DNA of 64,000 nt from IMG/VR virus record IMGVR_UViG_3300030524_000003. One strand, 5' to 3'. This stretch comes from an uncultured virus (IMG/VR IMGVR_UViG_3300030524_000003). Lineage: Duplodnaviria > Heunggongvirae > Uroviricota > Caudoviricetes. Every line of letters begins with the position of its first letter. Position 1 is the first letter of the stretch. The translations under genes and the position numbers were made by a program. Positions 44,369 to 53,811 of this stretch are shown piece after piece. The notes beneath the pieces are model-generated. The model was given only the letters and a program-made list of their open reading frames with translations, was not told where the DNA came from and searched no databases.

Positions 44369-44527
44369 CTAGAAAGTCGGCGTGGGATTCCATGCCGAGA
44401 AATCAATAGTAGCTGGATTATATGGTGCGCTACTAAGTCCCATCGGATTACCCGCTCCAAAGTTGAGGCCAAGAGGGTCGGCGCCCGCGTTAGGATTGGA
44501 CGGAGGTGGAGCGTTAGGGGGTGTCAT
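44369..44527 (-). CDS. 52-aa Pro/Asn-rich hypothetical peptide
   Basis: ATGA-coupled to the upstream gene and fills the gap exactly. Confidence 0.4.
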   Translation of the reverse strand: MTPPNAPPPSNPNAGADPLGLNFGAGNPMGLSSAPYNPATIDFSAWNPTPTF

Positions 44528-45054
44528 ATAAACGCTGCGCCCACTGTGGCAGCATCCGTGCCCAGCGACGTCAGCGCACCGAGTTGGGCACCTTTTTGCT
44601 GGATCTGCTGCTGACCCAAAGCTCCAAGACCCGAGTTTGCACTGTTGTAGCCCGAGATGCCGGTTCCGGCTGCAGCGGTGGATTCTCCCACCCCTTGACC
44701 GGATAGCTGCGCGAGTGCGTTGAAGGAATTCAGATAGCTTCCAGAAGCGGCCTTGCCTACCTCTGCGCCCTGATTGACGTCAACCTGCTCGAGTGCAAGA
44801 TTTTTTTCACCGCCAGCCGGGCCTGTGCGCAGGATGTTAGCCTTCGCCTGGTCCGATGCCGTTTGAATCTGCTGCGTTGCTGGAGCGATCGCCGTGGCGA
44901 TCTTGCCTGGGTCACCTGTCGCGATTGTGGAGTAGAAATTTTCTGCAGACTGGAATCCGGGAAACGCCGCCTGGTAAAGCTGATCTGCGTTACCGGCCTG
45001 CTGCTGAGCGATTGCCGTTAGAGCGTTAGAGTTGGATAGTTCGCCCGCTTGCAC
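44524..45054 (-). CDS. DNA-ejection (pilot-like) protein, Ala/Gly/Gln-rich; true start possibly ACG at 45084
   Basis: Composition and position after the GNAT gene, as in P22/T7-type ejection modules. Confidence 0.65.
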   Translation of the reverse strand: MQAGELSNSNALTAIAQQQAGNADQLYQAAFPGFQSAENFYSTIATGDPGKIATAIAPATQQIQTASDQAKANILRTGPAGGEKNLALEQVDVNQGAEVGKAASGSYLNSFNALAQLSGQGVGESTAAAGTGISGYNSANSGLGALGQQQIQQKGAQLGALTSLGTDAATVGAAFI

Positions 45055-45148
45055 TGCTGGAGAGAGGCCGCTGGATTTTCCCGTATCGCTACCGCTCCTT
45101 CCCCAAAACGCAGTCTTCCCTGCATCCTAGAGGCAGAACAGATAATCA

Positions 45149-45772
45149 TCAAGGGATGTGCAAGCTATTTTCTCGGCTGAGAATCCTGTTGCGAGACGTA
45201 GTGGCCGGATCGACAAAGGCAACAACCGCTTTGGGATGCCGAGCCTGTAGAATCGCCCTCTGCTTTTCGAGTCCCACGGGGTCTCCGGCCAGCACTACCG
45301 ACTCCTGAACTGGGGTTCCATTAGGGAGAATTGCCTGAAGCACGACGACGTACTTGTCCCTGATTTGATCCTTCGTGTAGATGTGGCCCAATAGACTGCC
45401 ATGCCGACCGTGTAGCGCCTCTTTGGCGATGGTCGCCGCCGATATTTTCGAGGGTCTAAAGATGTACGTTCCCGCGCCGCGCCCTCCAACTTCAACAGAT
45501 TCCATGCCTTCAGGAATAGCTGGCGTGTAGCGGGAGCGCGCTGGGAGCATAACCACGTCGATGCTGCCCGAACGCAGTGAGTCCATCTGCGCATCTATCG
45601 TGGCAACGGACTCCTCGACGACCGGCTCTTCGGACGAGCCAACAAGGAGTTCCGAGTCTACTTTTTTTGGGAATAGGCCTCGATTAGAACTTTCTCGACA
45701 TAGGCTTCGAAGTCTTCGCGGAGGAGGCAGGACGTTACGCAGGGCACGAGAACGCCTTTTTTCATCTCCCAT
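45149..45772 (-). CDS. Hypothetical protein (true start probably downstream of 45660)
   Basis: Globular-looking C-terminal 150 aa; the N-terminus overlaps the GNAT gene. Confidence 0.55.
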   Translation of the reverse strand: MGDEKRRSRALRNVLPPPRRLRSLCRESSNRGLFPKKVDSELLVGSSEEPVVEESVATIDAQMDSLRSGSIDVVMLPARSRYTPAIPEGMESVEVGGRGAGTYIFRPSKISAATIAKEALHGRHGSLLGHIYTKDQIRDKYVVVLQAILPNGTPVQESVVLAGDPVGLEKQRAILQARHPKAVVAFVDPATTSRNRILSRENSLHIP

Positions 45773-46284
45773 CGAGGGTGAAATCCGGTGTCTTTGAAGC
45801 CGAAACGTGTCAGAAAGTGCTTTGTCTGGTGGTTGTCCTCATAGCGGATGCCGTGTACCACCTCGAGCTTGAGTTCTTGAAACATGAAAGCCAGACCCAG
45901 CAGCCCCAGCGCCTCAGCGTCAACCGACCCCCAGTACTCGCGAAAGAAGGCATACCCCGCCATGATACCTTTGCCGCCGGCCACGGTCACAGTCCGGAAG
46001 ATAATGCCAGCCGGCGTGAACTCCTCACCGTCCCACCGGCCCATAATAACCAGCGGCGTCTTGCTTAGGTAGGAGGTGATTGAGTCCCATGAGATGTCCA
46101 TGCCGAAAAACAGCGATTCGAGTATCCCCGTGCCATTTGGGTTGCGATTCGAGTAGCGATCGCCCTTCAGCTTTTGATAGATGAGCCCCAGATAGCCTTC
46201 AGGGAAATCCGTGCGCAGATAGCCCCGCGCATGGAGATCCCCGACCCTATACTTGTCTTCGGTGAAAGCGTCGAGTATCGACAT
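45658..46284 (-). CDS. GNAT-family acetyltransferase-like protein
   Basis: GYAFFREYWG...FMFQELKLEVVHG.RYEDN..TKHFLTRFGFK.TG. Confidence 0.75.
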   Translation of the reverse strand: MSILDAFTEDKYRVGDLHARGYLRTDFPEGYLGLIYQKLKGDRYSNRNPNGTGILESLFFGMDISWDSITSYLSKTPLVIMGRWDGEEFTPAGIIFRTVTVAGGKGIMAGYAFFREYWGSVDAEALGLLGLAFMFQELKLEVVHGIRYEDNHQTKHFLTRFGFKDTGFHPRWEMKKGVLVPCVTSCLLREDFEAYVEKVLIEAYSQKK

Positions 46285-46722
46285 TTACATCCTCATGAAG
46301 ATCATTGCGCTGATCGAACCAAAGATGAAAAGTACTACCGCCGAAACGCCCAGCGCCCACGTCAGGCAGTAACGATTGAGCGTGTATGTGCTCCGCCCCG
46401 GCGATCCATCACGCGGGTAGCGCGAATGCAGGTAACTCTCATACGAGAGGGTTAGCCATAGGTTATAAAGCAGCGCGTAGATGGATGCCGACAGCAAAAA
46501 TACCGTCGACATGCCATCGCCAAACCTGGAAAACAGGAGGCTCCCAGCCATGCCGAAACCGAAGATCATCCACGCGATCTTGGCATACCGATCGTAGATG
46601 AAGCTAAAGGTTCCGTGCGACGTGTCGAAGTCGAACTCGAACCTCACGTTCGGGAAGCTGACCCGAGCAATCAGGAAGGCCATTAAAAATGGCGTCAGGA
46701 CGATCGCGAGGGTTGTCATCAT
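46285..46722 (-). CDS. Four-TM membrane protein
   Basis: Four hydrophobic segments. Confidence 0.65.
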   Translation of the reverse strand: MMTTLAIVLTPFLMAFLIARVSFPNVRFEFDFDTSHGTFSFIYDRYAKIAWMIFGFGMAGSLLFSRFGDGMSTVFLLSASIYALLYNLWLTLSYESYLHSRYPRDGSPGRSTYTLNRYCLTWALGVSAVVLFIFGSISAMIFMRM

Positions 46723-47003
46723 CCCCGTGGCACCATCTGCGGACGCTGCCCTTGCTGCGGTACGGCGAGTCCGCTCTCGCCCTTCCAGCCAGCTTCGGCC
46801 GCCGTGACGTGACCGATCGCGTTGGCGGTCGAAATCGCCTTCGGATTGTTGATCTCGGTCAATCCTTCAAGCAGCATGGCTCCGAAGGACTTGTTGAGAA
46901 AAACCTTGATGTCGTGCAGGGCGTTTGCCAGTTGGCTTTCGGTGGGTGCTCCACGGAAACTGATCGCTTCCAGTTTGATATCTTTGAACTCGGTCTCTGC
47001 CAT
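46719..47003 (-). CDS. Hypothetical protein
   Basis: GAGGAG RBS directly behind a promoter. Confidence 0.65.
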   Translation of the reverse strand: MAETEFKDIKLEAISFRGAPTESQLANALHDIKVFLNKSFGAMLLEGLTEINNPKAISTANAIGHVTAAEAGWKGESGLAVPQQGQRPQMVPRG

Positions 47004-47019
47004 GTTTCTCCTCGTCGTG

Positions 47020-47059
47020 ATGCTTGCATGAATGTACAACATGCTTGCATGCTCGGCAA
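47020..47059 (-). promoter_or_regulatory. Promoter TTGCCG-17-TACATT with two operators (47041-47050 in the spacer, 47020-47029 over +1)
   Basis: Two exact motif copies 21 bp apart. Confidence 0.7.
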
Positions 47060-47065
47060 GGATTT

Positions 47066-47293
47066 TTAGTGTGCCACCGCCATGGTCGGTTGTCGCCGCT
47101 GTCGGCCGGCCAGTTCGAAGTCCCTCTCATCCTCTGAGAGCCTCCGAACTTTGTGCTCGTCAAGCGCGTGGTCTTCGATCCATAAGTCGAAGCAGGTTTG
47201 ACACATCAACGTGTCGTCGGCCTTCCAGACCGGCTTACCCGCCACCTGCCTGCCCTTCAGTTTTTTACATCTCTTACCGGCACAGTCACTCAT
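47066..47293 (-). CDS. Small Zn-finger-like protein
   Basis: CAGKRC...CQTC; ATGA-coupled to the upstream gene. Confidence 0.55.
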   Translation of the reverse strand: MSDCAGKRCKKLKGRQVAGKPVWKADDTLMCQTCFDLWIEDHALDEHKVRRLSEDERDFELAGRQRRQPTMAVAH

Positions 47294-50200
47294 GGATTCA
47301 GTTCTCCTATCGCGTAGCTCGCCCCTTCGGCAACCGCCTTGAATTCAACTCTCGGGTTTGCCCAGTCTTGGTAGGGCGCCGTGCTCGTGCCGATCATGCG
47401 GAAGGTGCGCAGGATGACCGCCGAATTCACGCCGTCATTCTGGCCAAACCTCACGCGCACCACTGCCCGATTTGGAGCCGCAGGCAAGGTGAAGGTGTAA
47501 TACGGTACATCGCTCCCATCCGCGTAGAGGTTGTAGATAATCGGCGCGGTCGACTGGTAATCGAAGTAGCCCTGCTTCACCAGCTTCGAGGCATCCGTCC
47601 CAAACTTGATCCAATACGTATCGCGGCTGGTCCGATAGCCTGCGAGCACCGCGACGTAGATATTCTCCTGATAGAGAACCGGCGCGTTGAACACGTTCAT
47701 GGTGTGCTGAATGCTCATCGAGTACGCTTGCTGCCCGTCGCCATCGTTGATCTGGAGTTGATTCTTTTGGCGCACGCCCTCAGTGTTGAAGGTGTCCAGA
47801 ACAAGCGATACCGGAGGCTCCGTGTCGAAGAGCAGCGTCGTCGCCATATCCTGACTCGCGGTACTTGCATCGGTCTCAAGCACGTTGAACTGGTTTGGGA
47901 AGTGAGAGCTTCCGCGATACGGCGTTTGAATGTCCAGGGCGATCGGCAGGGTCGTTAGCTGTGTGCCAGCCCACCCGCCATCGTCAGAGTCGCCTACACC
48001 CTCCTGCACAATGACGTAGTTGGCTGACGTACCCAACTGCTTCGCCGTCAGCAAAAGGTTGGTGTCCTGCTCCCAGAGCATCGCAGTTGCCGGGATATCG
48101 TCATCGCGGAACCGGTTGTAGCTTGTGTTGTAGATGAGGCGATACCGCTGGCCGCTGTTATTCAGGCTGACATACGACAAGTAGACATCGTTGTTCCAGA
48201 ACGCCATAACCACCTGCGAAAGCTGTGTGGTGTCGACAAGCGGAATCGGCGTCACCTGCGTAGCCGATGGGAGACGATAGAGCCACTCCACCTCCAGCGT
48301 CATGTACGTGCCTTCAGACCCACGGAAGAGTCTTTGACCATCCGCTGCCTGATACCAGATGCCACCCTCGGCCTGCGTCCAGCCCTTGTTGGCCACGATG
48401 CCGTGGATTGACCCAGTGGGCTGCCATCCCGGCGTTGCACCCCCTGTGATGACGTACCACGATAGCTGAGTACCTACGTAGAGCGTCCCGCGCCAGTTGA
48501 CGACCGCATTGATGATGTCGCTGGAGCTTCCAACCTCGAGATAGTCCTCCGGCCCAAAGTTCTCCGGATATCCTGGCTTAGAGTAGTAAAGGAAGTTCGG
48601 ATTGTTCTTATCGCCCGCCAGCCACACCTGGCCGTAAGCGAACGCGCACTGGTCGCATGGCGTTCTCGGCGTAGAAAATGCATACACTGGTTCGCCTGCG
48701 TTGTGCTGAAGCCTCAGTATCCCGGTGAACGATCCTGTACCACCCGTGATGACCTGAATCTCTTCAAGGTTCACCGCGTTGCCAATAACGACGGTTTGAT
48801 TTGCAACGAAGACTGCCGACGCTTGCGCGACACTGATGAGTTGCGGGACGAAGGCGCTGTAGAGAGAGCTTCCCGGCGAACTTGTCGGCAACGATAGCGT
48901 CGTCGCGATCGGGTCTTCGAGTGAGCTCGTCACCGGGGGGTCGTTATCCAGAATGAGTCCCGGCGCTTGCGCCAGAGCCGCGTCGGGGATGACGTCCTTG
49001 TAGCTGAATGGATTGAACCTCGCGACAGCGTTGATTACGTTCGGGATTTGGTCAATATTGAGCCAGTTGTTTGGGTAGATACCGCCGCGGCGGTAGATGC
49101 GGACGTGAGTCACCTGCGGGTCATTTGAGTAAAATCCGTTGACCTGCGCGGCCTGACGCAAAAAGAAGGGTGCCGCTAGCGACGCGAGGTAGCCGAACTG
49201 TGTATTGAACTCCTGCTCCGGAGTTCCGTTCGACTCAGTGCCGGTGTTCGCGTCGTAGTATGTGGCCCGATAGTCGTATCCTGTCCCCCCGAAAGAGCTT
49301 GGCCCGTAGCCCCACTGGAAATAGAGGCCGTTGCATGCGACCGTCGACGAGCCAACCGTGTTGGTGGTGATAACGAGTTGCCATCCAGTGACCGCTGTCC
49401 AGTCAGAGCCAGACTCTCCGGCGTTCCCAATCGGCGTGAAATCCCCCCTGCGCAGATAGATCGTTTGCCACGACCCCTGACCAGTCGAGATGTTGCCAGG
49501 CTGCAACTGCGCTGTCGTTGAGTTAGGCACTTGCCCCGTCAGGAGTCCGAGGGTATCGGCGAAAATCTGCTGCTCAGTCGTGGTGTAGGCATCCTGGAGC
49601 TGCTGAACCCCTGCCTGATAGAAAACTGGCGAGATATCCTTGTAGTAGTAGGCCGAGGTATAGCCCGATCCGTTGACGTCAAACTGGATGCGGATATTTG
49701 AGATTGCCGCTGGATCGCCCACTGCGAGCGTGAGCACAATGAGGTCATCATCGGTCGCCTGATTATTGATGTTTAAATTGATTGGAACGGTAACACCAAC
49801 CGTCGCAGTTGTATTCTGCGCAACCGTGCCAACGAACGAGCCAACCTGAAACGCCGTCTCTGTGGTCGGCACCTGCTGATAGAAGCCCCATGCCGACATC
49901 TGCGGCGGGTAGGGATTCGAATATTCTGCCGTCAAAACGCATGTATTCGGTGCGGCTGCTCCGCCGTTGAGGGTTCCGCCCGTCGCGCTCAGCAGTGCGC
50001 CTGACTTGTAGGGAACCGTTAGCGTGGTCGCGCTCGAAACGGTAGCTGTATAGAACCCATCCAACAGATCGTTTGAGCTTCCATAGATGGAGATGCTGGT
50101 GGTGCCCGTCAGTCCATGCGGCTCCTGTGTCGTAATCAGGAGTGCGGTGTACATGCCAAACGCAAATCCACTGGTCACGATCGACGAGATTGGCACTTGC

Positions 50201-51339
50201 ACAACAGTGTTCGTATTAAGGACGCTCAGCATCCCGTTGGTGATCTGATTGAAGACGTCGGGTGCGGTGATGACCGCGTTGATGTCGAAGGTAGTCGCAG
50301 TGCCGCCAACTGTCCCGGCTGTGGCGATAACCGACATCGTCGACCTGATCTGGAGGGTGTCGATATTGCTGAGTCCGGGGATATTGAGGCTGGGGCTGCC
50401 GCCAATCTGTTGATTGGAGCTACCGGTCTGGCTGAAGAAGTTAGTCCATGTCACACCAGAGTTGATGGAATAGTCGAGTGAAATTGTGCGCGAGCCGGAA
50501 TTGCCGGGGATCCCACCAGTGGGAACGTTGACGAACATCGACAGCGATACGGTCTCAGTCCCGGTAACCGGAGCGGACGCGAAGCCGGAGTAAATCTGCA
50601 CGTTGCTTGTCGAGCCTGGAGCTGTAACGCTCGCGTTGTTCGCGCCTCCGGCAATCGAGAAGGTGCCTGCCCCAAATGGCTGCACTCCAAAAAAGTCGGT
50701 GAAATCGGTGACGGTCTGGCCGGAAGAGGCTTGCAGCTTGGTCACCGCGCTATAGGCCCATCCGCCCGAGAATCCGCTCGTGGTGTAGGCGTTGCCAGGG
50801 GCAAAGTTATCGATCAGGGTTAGCAGGGGCGAGTAGGGTACAGTGTTGAGCGTGTACGGCGAGGAATCAATTCCGGTAAGTTCCGGCGTTCCAGTACCGG
50901 AGTCCTTGATTGAAGTGTTGGCGTCGTAGATGAAGAGGTAAGGGAGGCTCGACTCGAAGGTGCTGCCATCCAGCCAGCCAAACGGAGACCCTGATAGGCC
51001 AGTGAAGATGTTGGTGTACTGCCCCTGCGTATTGCCAGTCCTTCGATAGAGGTTGCCTTCGGAGTCGCCTGCATAGCGATATGCATTCGTCTTGTAAGTC
51101 AGGCGCGCCAGCGTGGTGATCGGGTCAGGGAAGAAGTAATTACTGGTCCCCACGCCAACCGGGTCGCGGTTGATGATCTGGGTGCCATAGCGCGAAGACA
51201 TGGAGTTCTCGGCGCGCTCGTACGCATTCATTAGATTCAGAAAAGTTCCCGGCGGGCATTCGTCAGTGACAGCGCGGGCTATAATCCCCTTGCTCTCGTA
51301 CACCATCTCTACTGGTTTGTATTGAGTGTCCTGGCTCAT
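47290..51339 (-). CDS. Tail nozzle / DNA-stabilisation (P22 gp10-, T7 gp12-like) protein with inserted domains
   Basis: 1349 aa; ...LYYSKPGYPENF propeller-like repeats; YDYRATYYD..TG.ESN/IYRRGG insert; position in the module. Confidence 0.65.
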   Translation of the reverse strand: MSQDTQYKPVEMVYESKGIIARAVTDECPPGTFLNLMNAYERAENSMSSRYGTQIINRDPVGVGTSNYFFPDPITTLARLTYKTNAYRYAGDSEGNLYRRTGNTQGQYTNIFTGLSGSPFGWLDGSTFESSLPYLFIYDANTSIKDSGTGTPELTGIDSSPYTLNTVPYSPLLTLIDNFAPGNAYTTSGFSGGWAYSAVTKLQASSGQTVTDFTDFFGVQPFGAGTFSIAGGANNASVTAPGSTSNVQIYSGFASAPVTGTETVSLSMFVNVPTGGIPGNSGSRTISLDYSINSGVTWTNFFSQTGSSNQQIGGSPSLNIPGLSNIDTLQIRSTMSVIATAGTVGGTATTFDINAVITAPDVFNQITNGMLSVLNTNTVVQVPISSIVTSGFAFGMYTALLITTQEPHGLTGTTSISIYGSSNDLLDGFYTATVSSATTLTVPYKSGALLSATGGTLNGGAAAPNTCVLTAEYSNPYPPQMSAWGFYQQVPTTETAFQVGSFVGTVAQNTTATVGVTVPINLNINNQATDDDLIVLTLAVGDPAAISNIRIQFDVNGSGYTSAYYYKDISPVFYQAGVQQLQDAYTTTEQQIFADTLGLLTGQVPNSTTAQLQPGNISTGQGSWQTIYLRRGDFTPIGNAGESGSDWTAVTGWQLVITTNTVGSSTVACNGLYFQWGYGPSSFGGTGYDYRATYYDANTGTESNGTPEQEFNTQFGYLASLAAPFFLRQAAQVNGFYSNDPQVTHVRIYRRGGIYPNNWLNIDQIPNVINAVARFNPFSYKDVIPDAALAQAPGLILDNDPPVTSSLEDPIATTLSLPTSSPGSSLYSAFVPQLISVAQASAVFVANQTVVIGNAVNLEEIQVITGGTGSFTGILRLQHNAGEPVYAFSTPRTPCDQCAFAYGQVWLAGDKNNPNFLYYSKPGYPENFGPEDYLEVGSSSDIINAVVNWRGTLYVGTQLSWYVITGGATPGWQPTGSIHGIVANKGWTQAEGGIWYQAADGQRLFRGSEGTYMTLEVEWLYRLPSATQVTPIPLVDTTQLSQVVMAFWNNDVYLSYVSLNNSGQRYRLIYNTSYNRFRDDDIPATAMLWEQDTNLLLTAKQLGTSANYVIVQEGVGDSDDGGWAGTQLTTLPIALDIQTPYRGSSHFPNQFNVLETDASTASQDMATTLLFDTEPPVSLVLDTFNTEGVRQKNQLQINDGDGQQAYSMSIQHTMNVFNAPVLYQENIYVAVLAGYRTSRDTYWIKFGTDASKLVKQGYFDYQSTAPIIYNLYADGSDVPYYTFTLPAAPNRAVVRVRFGQNDGVNSAVILRTFRMIGTSTAPYQDWANPRVEFKAVAEGASYAIGELNP

Positions 51340-51629
51340 TCGAAGGTCACCACCTGGCCTTTGAAACTATGAGCGACGTTTGTCATTAGGTCGATGTGCT
51401 GCTTCCGCGCCAAAGCCTCCGCGTGACGCTCTTTCAGCCACTTCGACATCGCTGCCTTTATGCTCTCCGGCGTTCGCGGCCCATCGCCGTGGTAGGTACG
51501 AAACAACGCGTGCGGCCAGAGTCCATGAGTTTCTTCAGGGCCAAAGGTGTCGCCATCCCTTACGCGAAACGTGACCTGAAAGTGTCCGGTCATACCGTCG
51601 ACGTCCGACTTCACGATCTGGATGGCCAT
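51336..51629 (-). CDS. Hypothetical protein
   Basis: 97-aa ORF with GAGG RBS, ATGA-coupled. Confidence 0.6.
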   Translation of the reverse strand: MAIQIVKSDVDGMTGHFQVTFRVRDGDTFGPEETHGLWPHALFRTYHGDGPRTPESIKAAMSKWLKERHAEALARKQHIDLMTNVAHSFKGQVVTFE

Positions 51630-51646
51630 GGCAACCTCATTCTAAT

Positions 51647-52615
51647 CTACAATCTGGCGACGATACGATTCCCGTTATTCTGCGCGGCGGGCACGGTAGC
51701 TCCGGCGGCACTCTGCGTCGTCACCACGCCGCCGGCGTTGATGACGACGACCGCGATCAGCACTTGCCCGTCTACGTTAGCTGCAAGACGATTCTGTTGG
51801 CTATCGCTGCTAAAGGGTCCTGAAACCGCTAAGGTGTGGCTTGGATTCTTGAGGTACACGTAGTAACACCCGCCTGTTGAAGCCGCGCCTCCGGTAGTTG
51901 TCCCATCGGCAAAACCGGGCTGGGCCCACGTCAGCGTCGTACCTGAAGCGCTAATAAGTTCGAAGGTTCCATCAAACGACGAGTCCAGCGCACCCAGTTC
52001 ATAGATCGACTCACCCGCCGACAGTCCAGTAAATACGCCTGTGGCCGTGACTACGCCCGATGTCCGCGTCATCGACGTAATCGCCTGTGAGCTTGGTAAT
52101 GGAACCGTGTCGGAGAACGTGCCGTAAGGGACGATCGAGCCATCGACATAGAGGTGGAAGCCTGCGCTGATAGTGAAAGTTACTGATCCACCTGATGGTG
52201 CTCCAGCCGAGACAATCGAGGTATTGGTGGTCGGTGCGGTGTTGGTCACGCCATTGAGGAAGGTGCTGTAGCTCTCCTGCTGTGTCTTCGAATTGAGCGC
52301 CCGATACGTCTTGAGGCCAGGACCAGTTTTTGTCCCAGCCTCAAGTTGAGGAGCAAGAGCCTGCGCAGAGTAGTTTTTCTCGGCATGACCCTTGCTGATG
52401 GCGTCAGTCGGAGATTGTGGCTCCCCAACCCCGCTCACCGTCGCACCTTGCATGTCGATTCCCGCTGGCAGCGCAGTCTTTCCGGCTGATCCGTTGCCTG
52501 CGTTGATCGCATTGGCGAACTGCTGCATCACCGTGTTGAAGTACCCCATATTGGGGTCGTCAAAATCTGCCTTGGTGAAGTTGCTGAATTGAACAGGGGC
52601 AGGCTTGTTAGCCAT
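51647..52615 (-). CDS. Virion structural protein (fibre/needle-like)
   Basis: VSGVGEPQSPTDAISK fibre-type motif; ITSMTRTSGVVTAT module. Confidence 0.6.
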   Translation of the reverse strand: MANKPAPVQFSNFTKADFDDPNMGYFNTVMQQFANAINAGNGSAGKTALPAGIDMQGATVSGVGEPQSPTDAISKGHAEKNYSAQALAPQLEAGTKTGPGLKTYRALNSKTQQESYSTFLNGVTNTAPTTNTSIVSAGAPSGGSVTFTISAGFHLYVDGSIVPYGTFSDTVPLPSSQAITSMTRTSGVVTATGVFTGLSAGESIYELGALDSSFDGTFELISASGTTLTWAQPGFADGTTTGGAASTGGCYYVYLKNPSHTLAVSGPFSSDSQQNRLAANVDGQVLIAVVVINAGGVVTTQSAAGATVPAAQNNGNRIVARL

Positions 52616-53787
52616 TAGCGCCTCCCGCTCTTCATCGCCAGCATATTGTCGATGTACCGGTTGGTCGTATCCACCCCACGGTCGAACCTCCCTTTGCAGT
52701 AGTTCGCAAGCATCGGCTGAATGCGAACGCCTTCCTTGGTAAACATGTACTCCATCGTTTTGTAGATGACGTAGTGGAGGCAGACGTCGGGGACAAGGAA
52801 GCCATCGGTCAGCAGCAGGGTGTCGGAGTCCCGAGTGGCGGTCAGGATCTCAATCGGGAAGTTGCTCGACGGTGGCGCGTTAAGTCCAAACTGGTAGAGT
52901 CCGGAGCGATCTTCGAAAAAAGCAGTGGGGTTGTTCGCGTAGTCGTTTCGCCAGTTCCGGTTCTGCATAGTGAGTTCAGCCATCGTGATCTCGTACAGCC
53001 GGACCCAGTAGTAAATGAGCGCCGTGTCAGTGGTCGAATCGGGGCCAATCTGGTTGTAGGTAAACGTTGTGGAGTTGATAACGCTGGCAACCTGAAAGAC
53101 TCCGGTAAACGACGTGTCGGCAAAGGTACTTCCGCCGTACCCGCCCTCGCCGAATCCGCCTTCGCCATAGCCCTCGCCTGACGAACTGGGCGCCACGTAG
53201 ACGAAGAAGGTGCTGCCGACGACCAGTACGCTTGGGTCGTTCGTTACCGCGGTCACTACGCCGCCCGTGCGAGTCAGCGATACCGTTGGGATGTAAACGG
53301 TGGAGATGGCGACGCGGTCGATTTGGGTTGCCGTGTCGGGCAGTGATTGAAAGATGTTTCCGTAGAGCGCGTTCTGCTCGTAGATGGTGTAGAAGGCTGG
53401 CACCTTCGACAGAAACTCGTTTTGAGCTCGCGCCAGATAATCAAGTATCTCCGCCTGGGTGAAGTACGGGTCGGTCGGCTGCTGCGATGGAAAGGTTGCT
53501 GCAGTAACCGTCTCGCCCGATGCGTGGCCAAAACCGAAGTTTGCCTGAATCTCGTTGGTCTCCGGGTTGGCGGTTACGACCGTGATGATTTCGAGGTCGG
53601 CGCCGGTTCCCACCACAAGCATCGCGCCAGCGTAGACGGCGTTGTCGAAAGAGGCTAAAGGTACGGTTTGCAGTCCGGTGGATACGTCCGCGGCCAGGGT
53701 GGTGCTGACGTAGTTTTCACACAGTCGGAGACTGATTTCGATGAGGACGTCGTTTGCAGTTCTGTACCCGACGCCCGTCGTTGCCAT
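52615..53787 (-). CDS. Head-tail adaptor-like protein with insertions
   Basis: FTQAEILDYLARAQNEF...VPDVCLHYVIYKTMEYMFTKEG adaptor-type helices. Confidence 0.6.
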   Translation of the reverse strand: MATTGVGYRTANDVLIEISLRLCENYVSTTLAADVSTGLQTVPLASFDNAVYAGAMLVVGTGADLEIITVVTANPETNEIQANFGFGHASGETVTAATFPSQQPTDPYFTQAEILDYLARAQNEFLSKVPAFYTIYEQNALYGNIFQSLPDTATQIDRVAISTVYIPTVSLTRTGGVVTAVTNDPSVLVVGSTFFVYVAPSSSGEGYGEGGFGEGGYGGSTFADTSFTGVFQVASVINSTTFTYNQIGPDSTTDTALIYYWVRLYEITMAELTMQNRNWRNDYANNPTAFFEDRSGLYQFGLNAPPSSNFPIEILTATRDSDTLLLTDGFLVPDVCLHYVIYKTMEYMFTKEGVRIQPMLANYCKGRFDRGVDTTNRYIDNMLAMKSGRR

Positions 53788-53811
53788 CGAAATTATCTCC
53801 CGTCGCCTAGC

